Source of the DNA: Pseudomonadota bacterium
GTDB lineage: Bacteria > Verrucomicrobiota > Verrucomicrobiia > Limisphaerales > SXTU01
NCBI GenBank assembly: GCA_009922615.1
Contig: RFVF01000016.1
Coordinates: 10,612 to 74,611 of the forward strand
Direction of reading: 5' to 3'
Length of the DNA stretch: 64,000 nt
Part shown: piece after piece, positions 1-9,021 of the stretch
Position numbering within the stretch: the stretch's first letter is position 1
How the letters are laid out: each line of letters starts with the position of its first letter
Notes under the pieces: generated by a model
What the model saw: only the letters and a program-made list of their open reading frames with translations
Database searches by the model: none
What the model was told of the DNA's origin: nothing
Position numbers and translations under genes: made by a program

Positions 1-1192
<1,192 letters not shown>

Positions 1193-1284
1193 TCGAGCGG
1201 CGGATGGTGCGGATGCGCGCAGCGGGGCGCAAGGGGAGTATTTGGTGCTCTAAAATCAGTGGCACAACTCCCGCCGGGTGATCT

Positions 1285-1313
1285 CTGAAACCTGAAGCCT
1301 GAGACCTGAAACC
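1285..1313. repeat. four tandem heptamers ctgaaac/ctgaagc/ctgagac/ctgaaac in the intergenic space
   Basis: Read directly from the sequence. It has the same 7-nt periodic style as the arms of the palindromic elements elsewhere in the window, but I could find no inverted partner here. Confidence 0.6.
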
Positions 1314-1320
1314 TTCCCCT

Positions 1321-2253
1321 TTAAAACACCTCCGGCACGCCTTCCTCCATGATGCGCAGGTGCGACGTGAGCTTGTCCCGGCGGGCGAGCTCGCGCAGCC
1401 AGCGCGGCGGCTCGTCCATTTCCTCGAAAGACAACTTGAACGTCCCGTAGTGCATCGGCACAAACCACTTCGCCTTCACTTCGCGGAACACCTTCACCGC
1501 CTCGTCCGGCCCCATGTGGACGTTGCGGAAGCTCTCCGGATAATAAGCGCCGATGGGCAGCAGCGCGATCTCCGGCGCAAGGCGCGCACCGATCTCCTTG
1601 AAGCCATCGAAGTAAGCGCTGTCGCCCGCGTGATAGACCGTGCGGCCTTGGTGCTCCAGCACGAAGCCGCCATAGCCACGGTGCTTGTCCGTGATCGTGC
1701 GAGCGCCCCAGTGTTTGCACGGCGTGAGCGTCACCTTCCAGTCGCCATGGCTGAAGCTTTCCCACCATTGCAGCTCGACGATCCGGCTGAAGCCAAGTCC
1801 GCGCGCGAGATCGCCCATGCCCCACGGCATCACGCCGATCTTGGGATGCGGCAGCTTGCGGATGGACGGTTTGTGGAAGTGGTCAAAGTGCGCGTGCGTC
1901 AGCAGCACCAGGTCGATCGGTGGCAGATCGTCGATCTTCAAACCCGAGCGCCGCAGCCGCTTCAGCAGAAACAGCCAGTTCGCGAAATTCGGGTCGATGA
2001 GGCAATTCAGATCGTTGAACTGCACCAGAAACGACGCATGGCCGATCCACGTCAACGCGAGCTGGCCGCGCGTGAGCTTGGGGAACTTCGGCGGCTGATG
2101 CTCGCCCAGGCGCCGCGTGATCAGCGCCTTCCACACCATTTCCCGGAAGAACGTGCGCGGATTGAAAGCTTTCGTCGGGGTAAGTTCCTTGAACGACCGC
2201 GGCAGCTTGCGCCGCCCGGTGGCACCGTGACCATGACCTGAACCTGACTCCAT
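1321..2253 (-). CDS. MBL-fold metallo-hydrolase
   Basis: 310-aa ORF with LVLLTHAHFDHF (HxHxDH metal motif), later HAGDS and a C-terminal His. Confidence 0.8.
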   Translation of the reverse strand: MESGSGHGHGATGRRKLPRSFKELTPTKAFNPRTFFREMVWKALITRRLGEHQPPKFPKLTRGQLALTWIGHASFLVQFNDLNCLIDPNFANWLFLLKRLRRSGLKIDDLPPIDLVLLTHAHFDHFHKPSIRKLPHPKIGVMPWGMGDLARGLGFSRIVELQWWESFSHGDWKVTLTPCKHWGARTITDKHRGYGGFVLEHQGRTVYHAGDSAYFDGFKEIGARLAPEIALLPIGAYYPESFRNVHMGPDEAVKVFREVKAKWFVPMHYGTFKLSFEEMDEPPRWLRELARRDKLTSHLRIMEEGVPEVF

Positions 2254-2354
2254 AACCGTGATCGTGCCGACACGGGGATTAAGGCGCAGGCCGCTGCCGC
2301 TGGAAACTCAAATTTGCGCTTTGCTCCGCCGCGCCGCCGCCGTTTCATCGCCGC

Positions 2355-2906
2355 ATGACTTTGGACGAACGCTTCGCCACCTACCTCCGCAAACAACCCG
2401 TGCTCGGCCCCGGCGTCTATCTCGCCAAGACCGCCGTCGTCCTCGGCGACGTGACCCTTGGTGCCAACTCCAGCGTGTGGTTTGGGGCCGTCCTGCGCGG
2501 CGACATCAACCGCATCGTCGTCGGTGCCCACTCCAACATCCAGGATAACGCCGTCGTCCACCTCGCCGACGACTTCCCCTGCCTTATCGGCGAGTGGGTC
2601 ACGGTGGGCCACAGCGCCATCGTCCACGCCTGCACCATCGGCGACGAATGCCTCATCGGCATGGGCGCGACCGTCCTCGATGGCGCGGAGGTCGGCGCGC
2701 AAAGCATCGTCGGGGCGAACGCCCTCGTGACCGGAGGAACGAAAGTGCCGCCCGGCTCGCTCGTCCTCGGCTCCCCGGCGAAAGTCGTGCGCGCCCTCAC
2801 GCCCGAGGAACGCGCCGGCCTGAAATACTGGGCCGAGAAATACGTGGCCAACGGAGCCTATTGCCTCAAGCACCACCTCAACGTCGGCGCGCCCCTAGCG
2901 ACGTGA
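2355..2906 (+). CDS. gamma-class carbonic anhydrase family protein (hexapeptide-repeat, YrdA/PaaY-like)
   Basis: ATG start. Left-handed beta-helix repeats are visible: VWFGAVLRGDINRIVVGAHSNIQDNAVVH and VTVGHSAIVHACTIGDECLIGMGATV. Confidence 0.85.
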   Translation: MTLDERFATYLRKQPVLGPGVYLAKTAVVLGDVTLGANSSVWFGAVLRGDINRIVVGAHSNIQDNAVVHLADDFPCLIGEWVTVGHSAIVHACTIGDECLIGMGATVLDGAEVGAQSIVGANALVTGGTKVPPGSLVLGSPAKVVRALTPEERAGLKYWAEKYVANGAYCLKHHLNVGAPLAT

Positions 2907-3284
2907 TCGAGGGCGTCAGCCATCCTTGAAACCCCGCTAGCCAAGGTGGGGCGAGCATCTGCTCGCCGGCAATAGCCGGAAATTTTCCAGCTCCATCTTG
3001 CGATGCGTGTGGCCGACGAGATGCATCCGCACATGGGCAACTCCGCGCCCTCCAGCCATGTGACAGGCTACTACGTGAAAACGTAGCGGCACGCCGTGAG
3101 CCACCGCCAGCACCACTACGACCACCATCGTCGTGCGTTCGAGGAGGAACAGCAGGGCCGGGTGGATTGCGTGTAAGGAGCTCCCACACCTGCCCAGCCA
3201 GCGTGATGAACGCCAGCAACACCGAGCCTATCATTGCCTGCTGGAGCAGCACTTTCAGCCAGAGCGCAATCGGCTCGCCCACGC

Positions 3285-4235
3285 TCAGGCCTGCAAGGCT
3301 TTGCCCCTCCTAGACAGGGCGGCGAACGACTTGAGCTTCTGGCGGAACGAGGCCACGGCTTCGTCGATAAGCGGGTTGCCAAACCTCCGGGCCATGGTGA
3401 TGGCGTAAAATCGTTCGGCCAGCCCGGGCACGCGGATGAGTGTGCGGAGCTGGGGTGATTGGAGTTCCCGTTCGACGACGATGCTGGGCACTAAGGCCAG
3501 TCCCTGACCGGAGAGCGCCAGCAGGCGCAGCAGCGCCATGTCGTCCACCTCGGCCCGGATTTCAGGTTCAATCCGCGCTCCGGCCAGCAACTGGTCAAAG
3601 TCCGCACGCACATGACTCTGGCGGGTGGGCAGCAACAACGGCACGCCCCGGAGCCATGCCGGGAATTTGCCCCGGCCCGGGCGGATTTTCGTGCTGCCAG
3701 CCAGAAAGACCGGGGCCTCGCCGAGCAGATGGTTGTGGATCGTGTGCTCCTGATCGGCGCGCATGGGGATGTTCGAGAGGACTAGGTCGAGCTTGTGCTC
3801 CTGCAGCAGGCGCACCAGCTCAGTCAATCCTCCAGCCAGCACTGTCACGCGCGTGTCGCCACACTCCAGCAACGGTTGAATGAAATCAAACTGAAGGTTC
3901 TTCGACAACGGTCCGACTGCGCCGATGCGCAACTGCTTCTTCTCCTTCCCCGTCTGCCGGAGCCGGTCGAGCAATTCGCGGCCGGTGGCGAAGATGGACT
4001 CGGCATGCTCGAAGGCGATACGACCGGCTTCGGTCAGGTGCAGTTGCCGGCTGCGCCGCTCGAAGAGTGGCTGGCCCAGCCAGCCTTCCAGTTCGCGCAC
4101 CTGCTCGCTCAGAGTGGACTGTGAGACCCGTAGCGCCTCCGCCGCCCGCGTCATGCTGGGGTGCCGGGCGATGACCCAGAAATGCCGCAGGTGGTGGTAG
4201 TTCAGCCAGGTCTGGCCGGATTCTTCGTTCTTCAA
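3285..4235 (-). CDS. LysR-family transcriptional regulator (NhaR-like N-terminus)
   Basis: wHTH region LNYHHLRHFWVIARHPSMTRAAEALRVSQSTLSEQVRELE followed by an LTTR effector domain. The start is uncertain: the ORF track begins at TTG 4271, while a TTG at 4235 gives a family-typical N-terminus (MKNEESGQTWLNYHHL). Confidence 0.85.
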   Translation of the reverse strand: MKNEESGQTWLNYHHLRHFWVIARHPSMTRAAEALRVSQSTLSEQVRELEGWLGQPLFERRSRQLHLTEAGRIAFEHAESIFATGRELLDRLRQTGKEKKQLRIGAVGPLSKNLQFDFIQPLLECGDTRVTVLAGGLTELVRLLQEHKLDLVLSNIPMRADQEHTIHNHLLGEAPVFLAGSTKIRPGRGKFPAWLRGVPLLLPTRQSHVRADFDQLLAGARIEPEIRAEVDDMALLRLLALSGQGLALVPSIVVERELQSPQLRTLIRVPGLAERFYAITMARRFGNPLIDEAVASFRQKLKSFAALSRRGKALQA

Positions 4236-4238
4236 TCG

Positions 4239-4255
4239 GTTCGGAATAACCGAAC
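4239..4255. promoter_or_regulatory. inverted repeat gttcgg-aataa-ccgaac in the LysR / beta-CA divergent region; candidate LTTR operator
   Basis: 6-bp arms with a 5-bp spacer, read directly. It sits in an AT-rich stretch of about 80 bp between the divergent starts (4235 and 4316). Its function is inferred only. Confidence 0.35.
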
Positions 4256-4315
4256 GATAGAATCGTAACAATCTATTATTCCATTCCTAAAATCGGACCT
4301 AGGTTGCGGCCGCAT

Positions 4316-5047
4316 ATGAAACAGCTCATGCAAAAAACATCATCTACCACTGGGGCAGCCCTGTTGCTCGCCCTCTCCCTCCTGACCGTCGGCTGCCAGA
4401 CCGGCGGCCGCCCAGCCTCTACCACGCCGCCCACGCGAACCGAACAACAGACCAGCACGCCTGCCCAGGTGCGGCAGCGCCTAGCGGACGGTAACGCACG
4501 ATATGTCGCGGGCACGCCGTTGGCGCGGGACTGGGCCATGGCCCGCGCCGCAACGGCGGGCGGACAATTCCCTTATGCCGCAGTCTTGAGTTGCCTGGAC
4601 TCTCGGACCTCGGCCGAGATCATCTTCGACCAGGGACACGGCGAAATCTTCAACGCCCGCGTGGCCGGCAACATCCTGAACGATGACATTCTCGGGAGCT
4701 TGGAATTTGCCTGCCAGGTCGCGGGTGCAAAGCTCATCGCCGTGATTGGGCATGCGGAATGCGGAGCGGTCAAGGGCGCGTGCAGTGGGGCAAAACTCGG
4801 GCACCTTACAGGGCTGCTGGAGCGCATCAAACCCGCCGTGACCCAGGTAAGCGGTGGGCAGGCTGTGGACGCAGCCACCCAGCCCCACATCGTCAACGCT
4901 GTGGCCGAGGCCAACGTCCGGCTCGTCTTGCGGCAGATTCGTGAGCGCAGCCCCGTGCTGCGCGCCCTGCTGGACACCGGCAAAATCGCCCTCGCAGGCG
5001 GCCTTTATGACCTCCACTCGGGTCGCGTCAACTTCCTGAACGACTAA
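4316..5047 (+). CDS. beta-class carbonic anhydrase, predicted exported lipoprotein
   Basis: MKQLMQKTSSTTGAALLLALSLLTVGC (signal peptide plus lipobox Cys). Beta-CA zinc-ligand motifs SCLDSR and GHAECGAV are present. Confidence 0.85.
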   Translation: MKQLMQKTSSTTGAALLLALSLLTVGCQTGGRPASTTPPTRTEQQTSTPAQVRQRLADGNARYVAGTPLARDWAMARAATAGGQFPYAAVLSCLDSRTSAEIIFDQGHGEIFNARVAGNILNDDILGSLEFACQVAGAKLIAVIGHAECGAVKGACSGAKLGHLTGLLERIKPAVTQVSGGQAVDAATQPHIVNAVAEANVRLVLRQIRERSPVLRALLDTGKIALAGGLYDLHSGRVNFLND

Positions 5048-5055
5048 GGATCACC

Positions 5056-6036
5056 ATGGACCTCCTGCACGCCCTCAGTTCGAACCTGCTTTCGCCCGCC
5101 GTCCTGTTCTTCGCACTCGGGTTGATCGCCGCGCTCACCAAAAGCGATCTCAAATTCCCTGAAAGCCTTTACGCCAGCCTGACGATTTACCTGCTTGTCG
5201 CCATCGGGTTCAAAGGCGGGGTTGCCATCAATGAAGCCGGCCTCGGCAAGGTCTGGCTCCCGGCGCTGGCCGCGATCACATTGGGAGCGCTCATCCCATT
5301 GTGGACTTATCCACTGCTGCGGTTCGGCGGAAAATTCACCGCCGTGGATGCCTCCGCCATCGCAGCGCACTATGGGTCCGTAAGTGCCGTGACATTCATC
5401 GCAGCTACGAATTATCTGAAAGCCGTGAATCAGCCCTACGAAAGCTACGCCACGGCATTCCTCGCCGTGATGGAATCCCCTGCGATTCTCGTCGGGGTCG
5501 TGCTCGGGAAGCTCGGCTCAAAGCGTAATGGCCCGTTGGACTTGGCAACGCTGAAGTCCACGGTTCATGAAGCTCTCTTCGGGCGTAGCATCTTCCTGCT
5601 CGTTGGCGCGCTCGTGGTTGGAGCGTTGTGCGGCAAGGCGGGTATGGACAAGGTGGAATCATTCTTCGTAACTCCGTTTCAAGGCGTGCTCGCGTTGTTC
5701 CTGCTGGAAATGGGTTTGGTCGCCGGCCGGCGGCTGGAAGACCTTCGAAAGGTTGGCCCATTCCTGCTCGCCTTTGGCGTGGTCATGCCCCTCCTGCACG
5801 GAGCCCTCGGTGTGTATCTGGGCCGATTAGCAGGCTTGGAACTGGGCGGGGCAACACTTTTGGGTGTGCTTTCAGCTAGTGCGAGTTACATAGCAGCTCC
5901 GGCGGCCATCCGCATGTCGCTCCCCGAGGCAAACCCGACGTATTACCTCACCGCCTCGCTGGCCATTACCTTCCCGTTCAACATCACCGTGGGCATTCCG
6001 ATTTACTTCGCCATGGCCGGTTGGCTTTATTCCTGA
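5056..6036 (+). CDS. sbtA: SbtA-family sodium-dependent bicarbonate transporter
   Basis: 326-aa polytopic protein. It starts MDLLHALSSNLLSPAVLFFALG, has FKGGVAI, and has a C-terminal half with PEANPTYYLTASLAITFPFN that mirrors the cyanobacterial SbtA pattern (ANPSAY). Confidence 0.8.
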   Translation: MDLLHALSSNLLSPAVLFFALGLIAALTKSDLKFPESLYASLTIYLLVAIGFKGGVAINEAGLGKVWLPALAAITLGALIPLWTYPLLRFGGKFTAVDASAIAAHYGSVSAVTFIAATNYLKAVNQPYESYATAFLAVMESPAILVGVVLGKLGSKRNGPLDLATLKSTVHEALFGRSIFLLVGALVVGALCGKAGMDKVESFFVTPFQGVLALFLLEMGLVAGRRLEDLRKVGPFLLAFGVVMPLLHGALGVYLGRLAGLELGGATLLGVLSASASYIAAPAAIRMSLPEANPTYYLTASLAITFPFNITVGIPIYFAMAGWLYS

Positions 6037-6038
6037 AC

Positions 6039-6341
6039 ATGAACCACCACCCAATGAAGCTCGTAACCATCGTCTGTGAATCCCACGCTCGCGAGGCAGT
6101 AACAAAAATGCTCCGCGAAGCCGGTGCGCATGGCTGGACACTCTTCCCTGTGGAAGGCGACGGTGCACATGGAAGGCGTCCGGCAGACATCCCCGAATAT
6201 ACCAACGTGCAGGTCGAAGTCATCGTGCCGCCAGAAGTGTCAAACACGCTATTTGAGCGTCTCGGTCGAGAATTCTTCCCGCGCTACGCGATGATTGCCT
6301 TTGAATCCGATGTGCGTGTGTTGCGCCCAGGAAAGTTTTAA
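6039..6341 (+). CDS. sbtB: PII-like signalling protein SbtB
   Basis: The ATG lies 2 nt after the sbtA stop. About 100 aa reading MNHHPMKLVTIVCESHAREAVTKMLREAGAHGWTLFPVEG, a PII-like beta-alpha-beta pattern, in the conserved position after sbtA. Confidence 0.7.
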   Translation: MNHHPMKLVTIVCESHAREAVTKMLREAGAHGWTLFPVEGDGAHGRRPADIPEYTNVQVEVIVPPEVSNTLFERLGREFFPRYAMIAFESDVRVLRPGKF

Positions 6342-6376
6342 GCGAATCACCAGTGCGGGTCCAAGTCTGGATGCAG

Positions 6377-7216
6377 TCATTTGCGCTCATGCGCAAGGAA
6401 CCACTCGTAGAGCTTTGGGTTGTTATAAGTCTCCGTCCAAGAGTCGTGCTGGGCGTCGGGATAGACGGTGAGTTGCACATCTTTCACGCCGAGTTTTTTT
6501 AGAAGGTTCACGAGCCGCTCGGATTCGTTGGGCGGCACCACGCCGTCCTTCGCACCGTGGAAGGCCCAGACAGGCGTGGTCTTGAGCGCGGTGCCTTTCC
6601 CGCCGCCGGCCAGCAAAAAGTCAATCGTGTCCCCGCCGCCGCAGATGGGCGCGACGGCCGCGAAGCGCTCGGGGGCCCGGGCCAGCAGCGCCCACGAGCC
6701 GTAACCGCCCATGCTCAGGCCGGTGAGGTAAACCCGGCGGGGGTCCACACGATGCGCGGCTTGGACGGTGGCGAGCAGTTCCAACAAAACCTCGGCATCC
6801 CATCGTTCATCGTTCGGGCACTGCGGCGAGATGATGATGAAGTTCTCGGCGGCCAGTTTGGTGGCGGCCTCACGGTTGGTCTTCGCCTCGGCGGTTTCGT
6901 TTTTTGGCGCAGGCGGGTTTTTCTTCACCAGCTTGGGCGGGCCGTGGACAGCGACCTGAGCCAGATTAGTGCCGCGCTCGCCCGAGCCATGCAGGAAGAG
7001 GATGAGCGGCCATTGTTTCGCGGCCTTGGCGTCGTAGCCGGGCGGCAGATAGAGCAGATAACCGAGTTCAACTTTTTTGGTGCGGACGATTGAGAGCTTC
7101 TGGCGCGTTTGCATGAGGTCAGGGTCGGGGGTTTCGGCGGCGGTCACGGTTGCGGCGGCCAGCAGGCAGCCAACCGCGCACCACCAGTGGAGCGGGCGAA
7201 GGGCAAGCAATGTCAT
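6377..7216 (-). CDS. secreted alpha/beta hydrolase (carboxylesterase / PHB-depolymerase-like)
   Basis: Signal peptide, LILFLHGSGERG, nucleophile elbow GLSMGG, and C-terminal HGAKDGVV plus His. Confidence 0.75.
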   Translation of the reverse strand: MTLLALRPLHWWCAVGCLLAAATVTAAETPDPDLMQTRQKLSIVRTKKVELGYLLYLPPGYDAKAAKQWPLILFLHGSGERGTNLAQVAVHGPPKLVKKNPPAPKNETAEAKTNREAATKLAAENFIIISPQCPNDERWDAEVLLELLATVQAAHRVDPRRVYLTGLSMGGYGSWALLARAPERFAAVAPICGGGDTIDFLLAGGGKGTALKTTPVWAFHGAKDGVVPPNESERLVNLLKKLGVKDVQLTVYPDAQHDSWTETYNNPKLYEWFLAHERK

Positions 7217-7312
7217 AGGAACGCGGGCAGTATTGCGGAGCGCAAGGGCGTCGGCAAGCGGCGGGGCAAAAGGCTTGTGACGCTTCCGCGTGCCACGCTA
7301 CGTTGGCGGCGC

Positions 7313-7849
7313 ATGAGTGACGGTCCGGAAGCCGCCCCCGCTTGGTTTTGCGTGCGGTCGCAGATAAAGCACGAGCACATCGCCGCCGGCCACTTGCGGC
7401 AACTGCCGGGGGTGGACGTGTTCTGCCCGCGCGTGCGCTTCCAGCGGGCCACGCGGCGCGGCAAGGTGTGGTTCACCGAGGCGATGTTTCCGAACTACCT
7501 CTTTGCGCACTTCGCGTTGCGGGAGCTGCGCGTCATCCAGGCCGCGCATGGCGTCGCGGGCGTCGTCCACTTTGGTGATTACTTTTCACCCGTGCCCGAC
7601 GAGGTGATCGCCGACCTGCGCACGCGGCTGGACGAAACCGATCTCAAGGTGTTTCCCGACGCGGTGCAGCCGGGCGATGAAGTGGTCATCGCGGACGGCA
7701 CTTTCATGGGCATCACGGCCGTGGTGCAACGGCTCCTGCCAGCCAAAGACCGCGTGCGGGTGCTGCTCGAATTTCTCGGCCGCCCAGTGGAAGCCGAAAT
7801 GGCCGCTGCCAGCCTGGTCAAAACTGGTGTCAATCCGCGCCTCGACTAA
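7313..7849 (+). CDS. NusG-paralog transcription antiterminator (RfaH/UpxY-like, NGN + KOW)
   Basis: From ATG 7313: WFCVRSQIKHEHIAAGHLRQL, VWFTEAMFPNYLFAHF, GVAGVVHFG, then a KOW-like segment PGDEVVIADGTFMGITAVVQ. Confidence 0.7.
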   Translation: MSDGPEAAPAWFCVRSQIKHEHIAAGHLRQLPGVDVFCPRVRFQRATRRGKVWFTEAMFPNYLFAHFALRELRVIQAAHGVAGVVHFGDYFSPVPDEVIADLRTRLDETDLKVFPDAVQPGDEVVIADGTFMGITAVVQRLLPAKDRVRVLLEFLGRPVEAEMAAASLVKTGVNPRLD

Positions 7850-7866
7850 ACCAACCTCGCTTCTCC

Positions 7867-9021
7867 ATGGCCGTCCCGCTCTTCGATACCAAGCTGCAAA
7901 ACAATGCCCTCGCCCCCGAGCTGCAAGCCGCCTTCGCGCGCGTGCTCGCCTCGGGCCAGTTCATCCTCGGTGCCGAAGTGCAAGGCTTCGAGCGGCAGTG
8001 CGCAGCGTATCTTGGCGTGCGGCATGCGCTGGGCATTTCCTCCGGCACGGACGCCATTCTGCTCGCGCTCATGGCGCTGGGCATCGGGCCGGGCGACGAG
8101 GTGATTTGCCCGAGCTTCACGTTCTTCGCCACGGCTGGCTGCGTGACGCGCACGGGCGCGAGGCCCGTGTTCTGCGATGTGAGCGCCGACAGCTTCAACC
8201 TCGACGTGACTGATGTTGCGCGCCGCATCACGCCGCGCACCAAGGCCATTATGCCCGTGCATCTTTACGGGCAAGCGGCGGACATGACGGCGCTCAATGA
8301 ACTCGCGCGAAAGCACGGCGTGAAAGTTATCGAGGACGCCTGCCAGGCCGTGGGCGCGACGCAAAACGGCCGGCCCGTCGGCGGCCTCGGCGACTTCGGC
8401 GCGTTCAGTTTTTTCCCGACAAAAAACCTCGGCGCGTTTGGCGACGCCGGCCTGCTCACGACGAATGATGATGCGTTGGCCGAACGCGCCCTGCTCCTGC
8501 GCAACCATGGCGCGCAGCCGAAGTATTACCACCAGTTCGTGGGCGGGAACTTCCGGCTCGACGCCGTTCAAGCCGCGTTGCTCGCGGTGAAGCTGCCGCA
8601 CTTGCACGCCTACGCGCAGCGCCGTGCAGCGAACGCGGCGCGTTACACGGAACAGTTCGCCAATCTGCCCGGCGTCGGCACAAAGCTGATCCTCCCGACA
8701 GCCCAACCGGGCAACGGCCACACCTGGAACCAATACACGCTGCGTCTCCCCGGCGCGGGTGGCCTCCCCGGCGCGGGCCGGCGCGAGGCGTTGCGTGCGT
8801 GGCTCACAGCGCGGCAGATCGGCACGGAGATTTACTATCCGGTGCCGCTGCACGCGCAGGCGTGCTTCGCGCCGCTCGGTCAGACGGATGCGGACTTGCC
8901 CGTGTCGGCGCGGTTGGCCGGGGAAGTGTTGAGCATTCCCATTTTCCCCGAACTGACGCCCGTGCAGCAGGACGAGGTGATCACGGCGGTGCGAGAATTC
9001 CTCGCGACGGAACGGCATTAG
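7867..9021 (+). CDS. DegT/DnrJ/EryC1/StrS-family sugar aminotransferase
   Basis: 384 aa with FILGAEVQGFERQCAAYLG, ALGISSGTDAILLAL, FSFFPTKNLGAFGDAG (PLP-Lys region) and YYPVPLH. Confidence 0.9.
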   Translation: MAVPLFDTKLQNNALAPELQAAFARVLASGQFILGAEVQGFERQCAAYLGVRHALGISSGTDAILLALMALGIGPGDEVICPSFTFFATAGCVTRTGARPVFCDVSADSFNLDVTDVARRITPRTKAIMPVHLYGQAADMTALNELARKHGVKVIEDACQAVGATQNGRPVGGLGDFGAFSFFPTKNLGAFGDAGLLTTNDDALAERALLLRNHGAQPKYYHQFVGGNFRLDAVQAALLAVKLPHLHAYAQRRAANAARYTEQFANLPGVGTKLILPTAQPGNGHTWNQYTLRLPGAGGLPGAGRREALRAWLTARQIGTEIYYPVPLHAQACFAPLGQTDADLPVSARLAGEVLSIPIFPELTPVQQDEVITAVREFLATERH

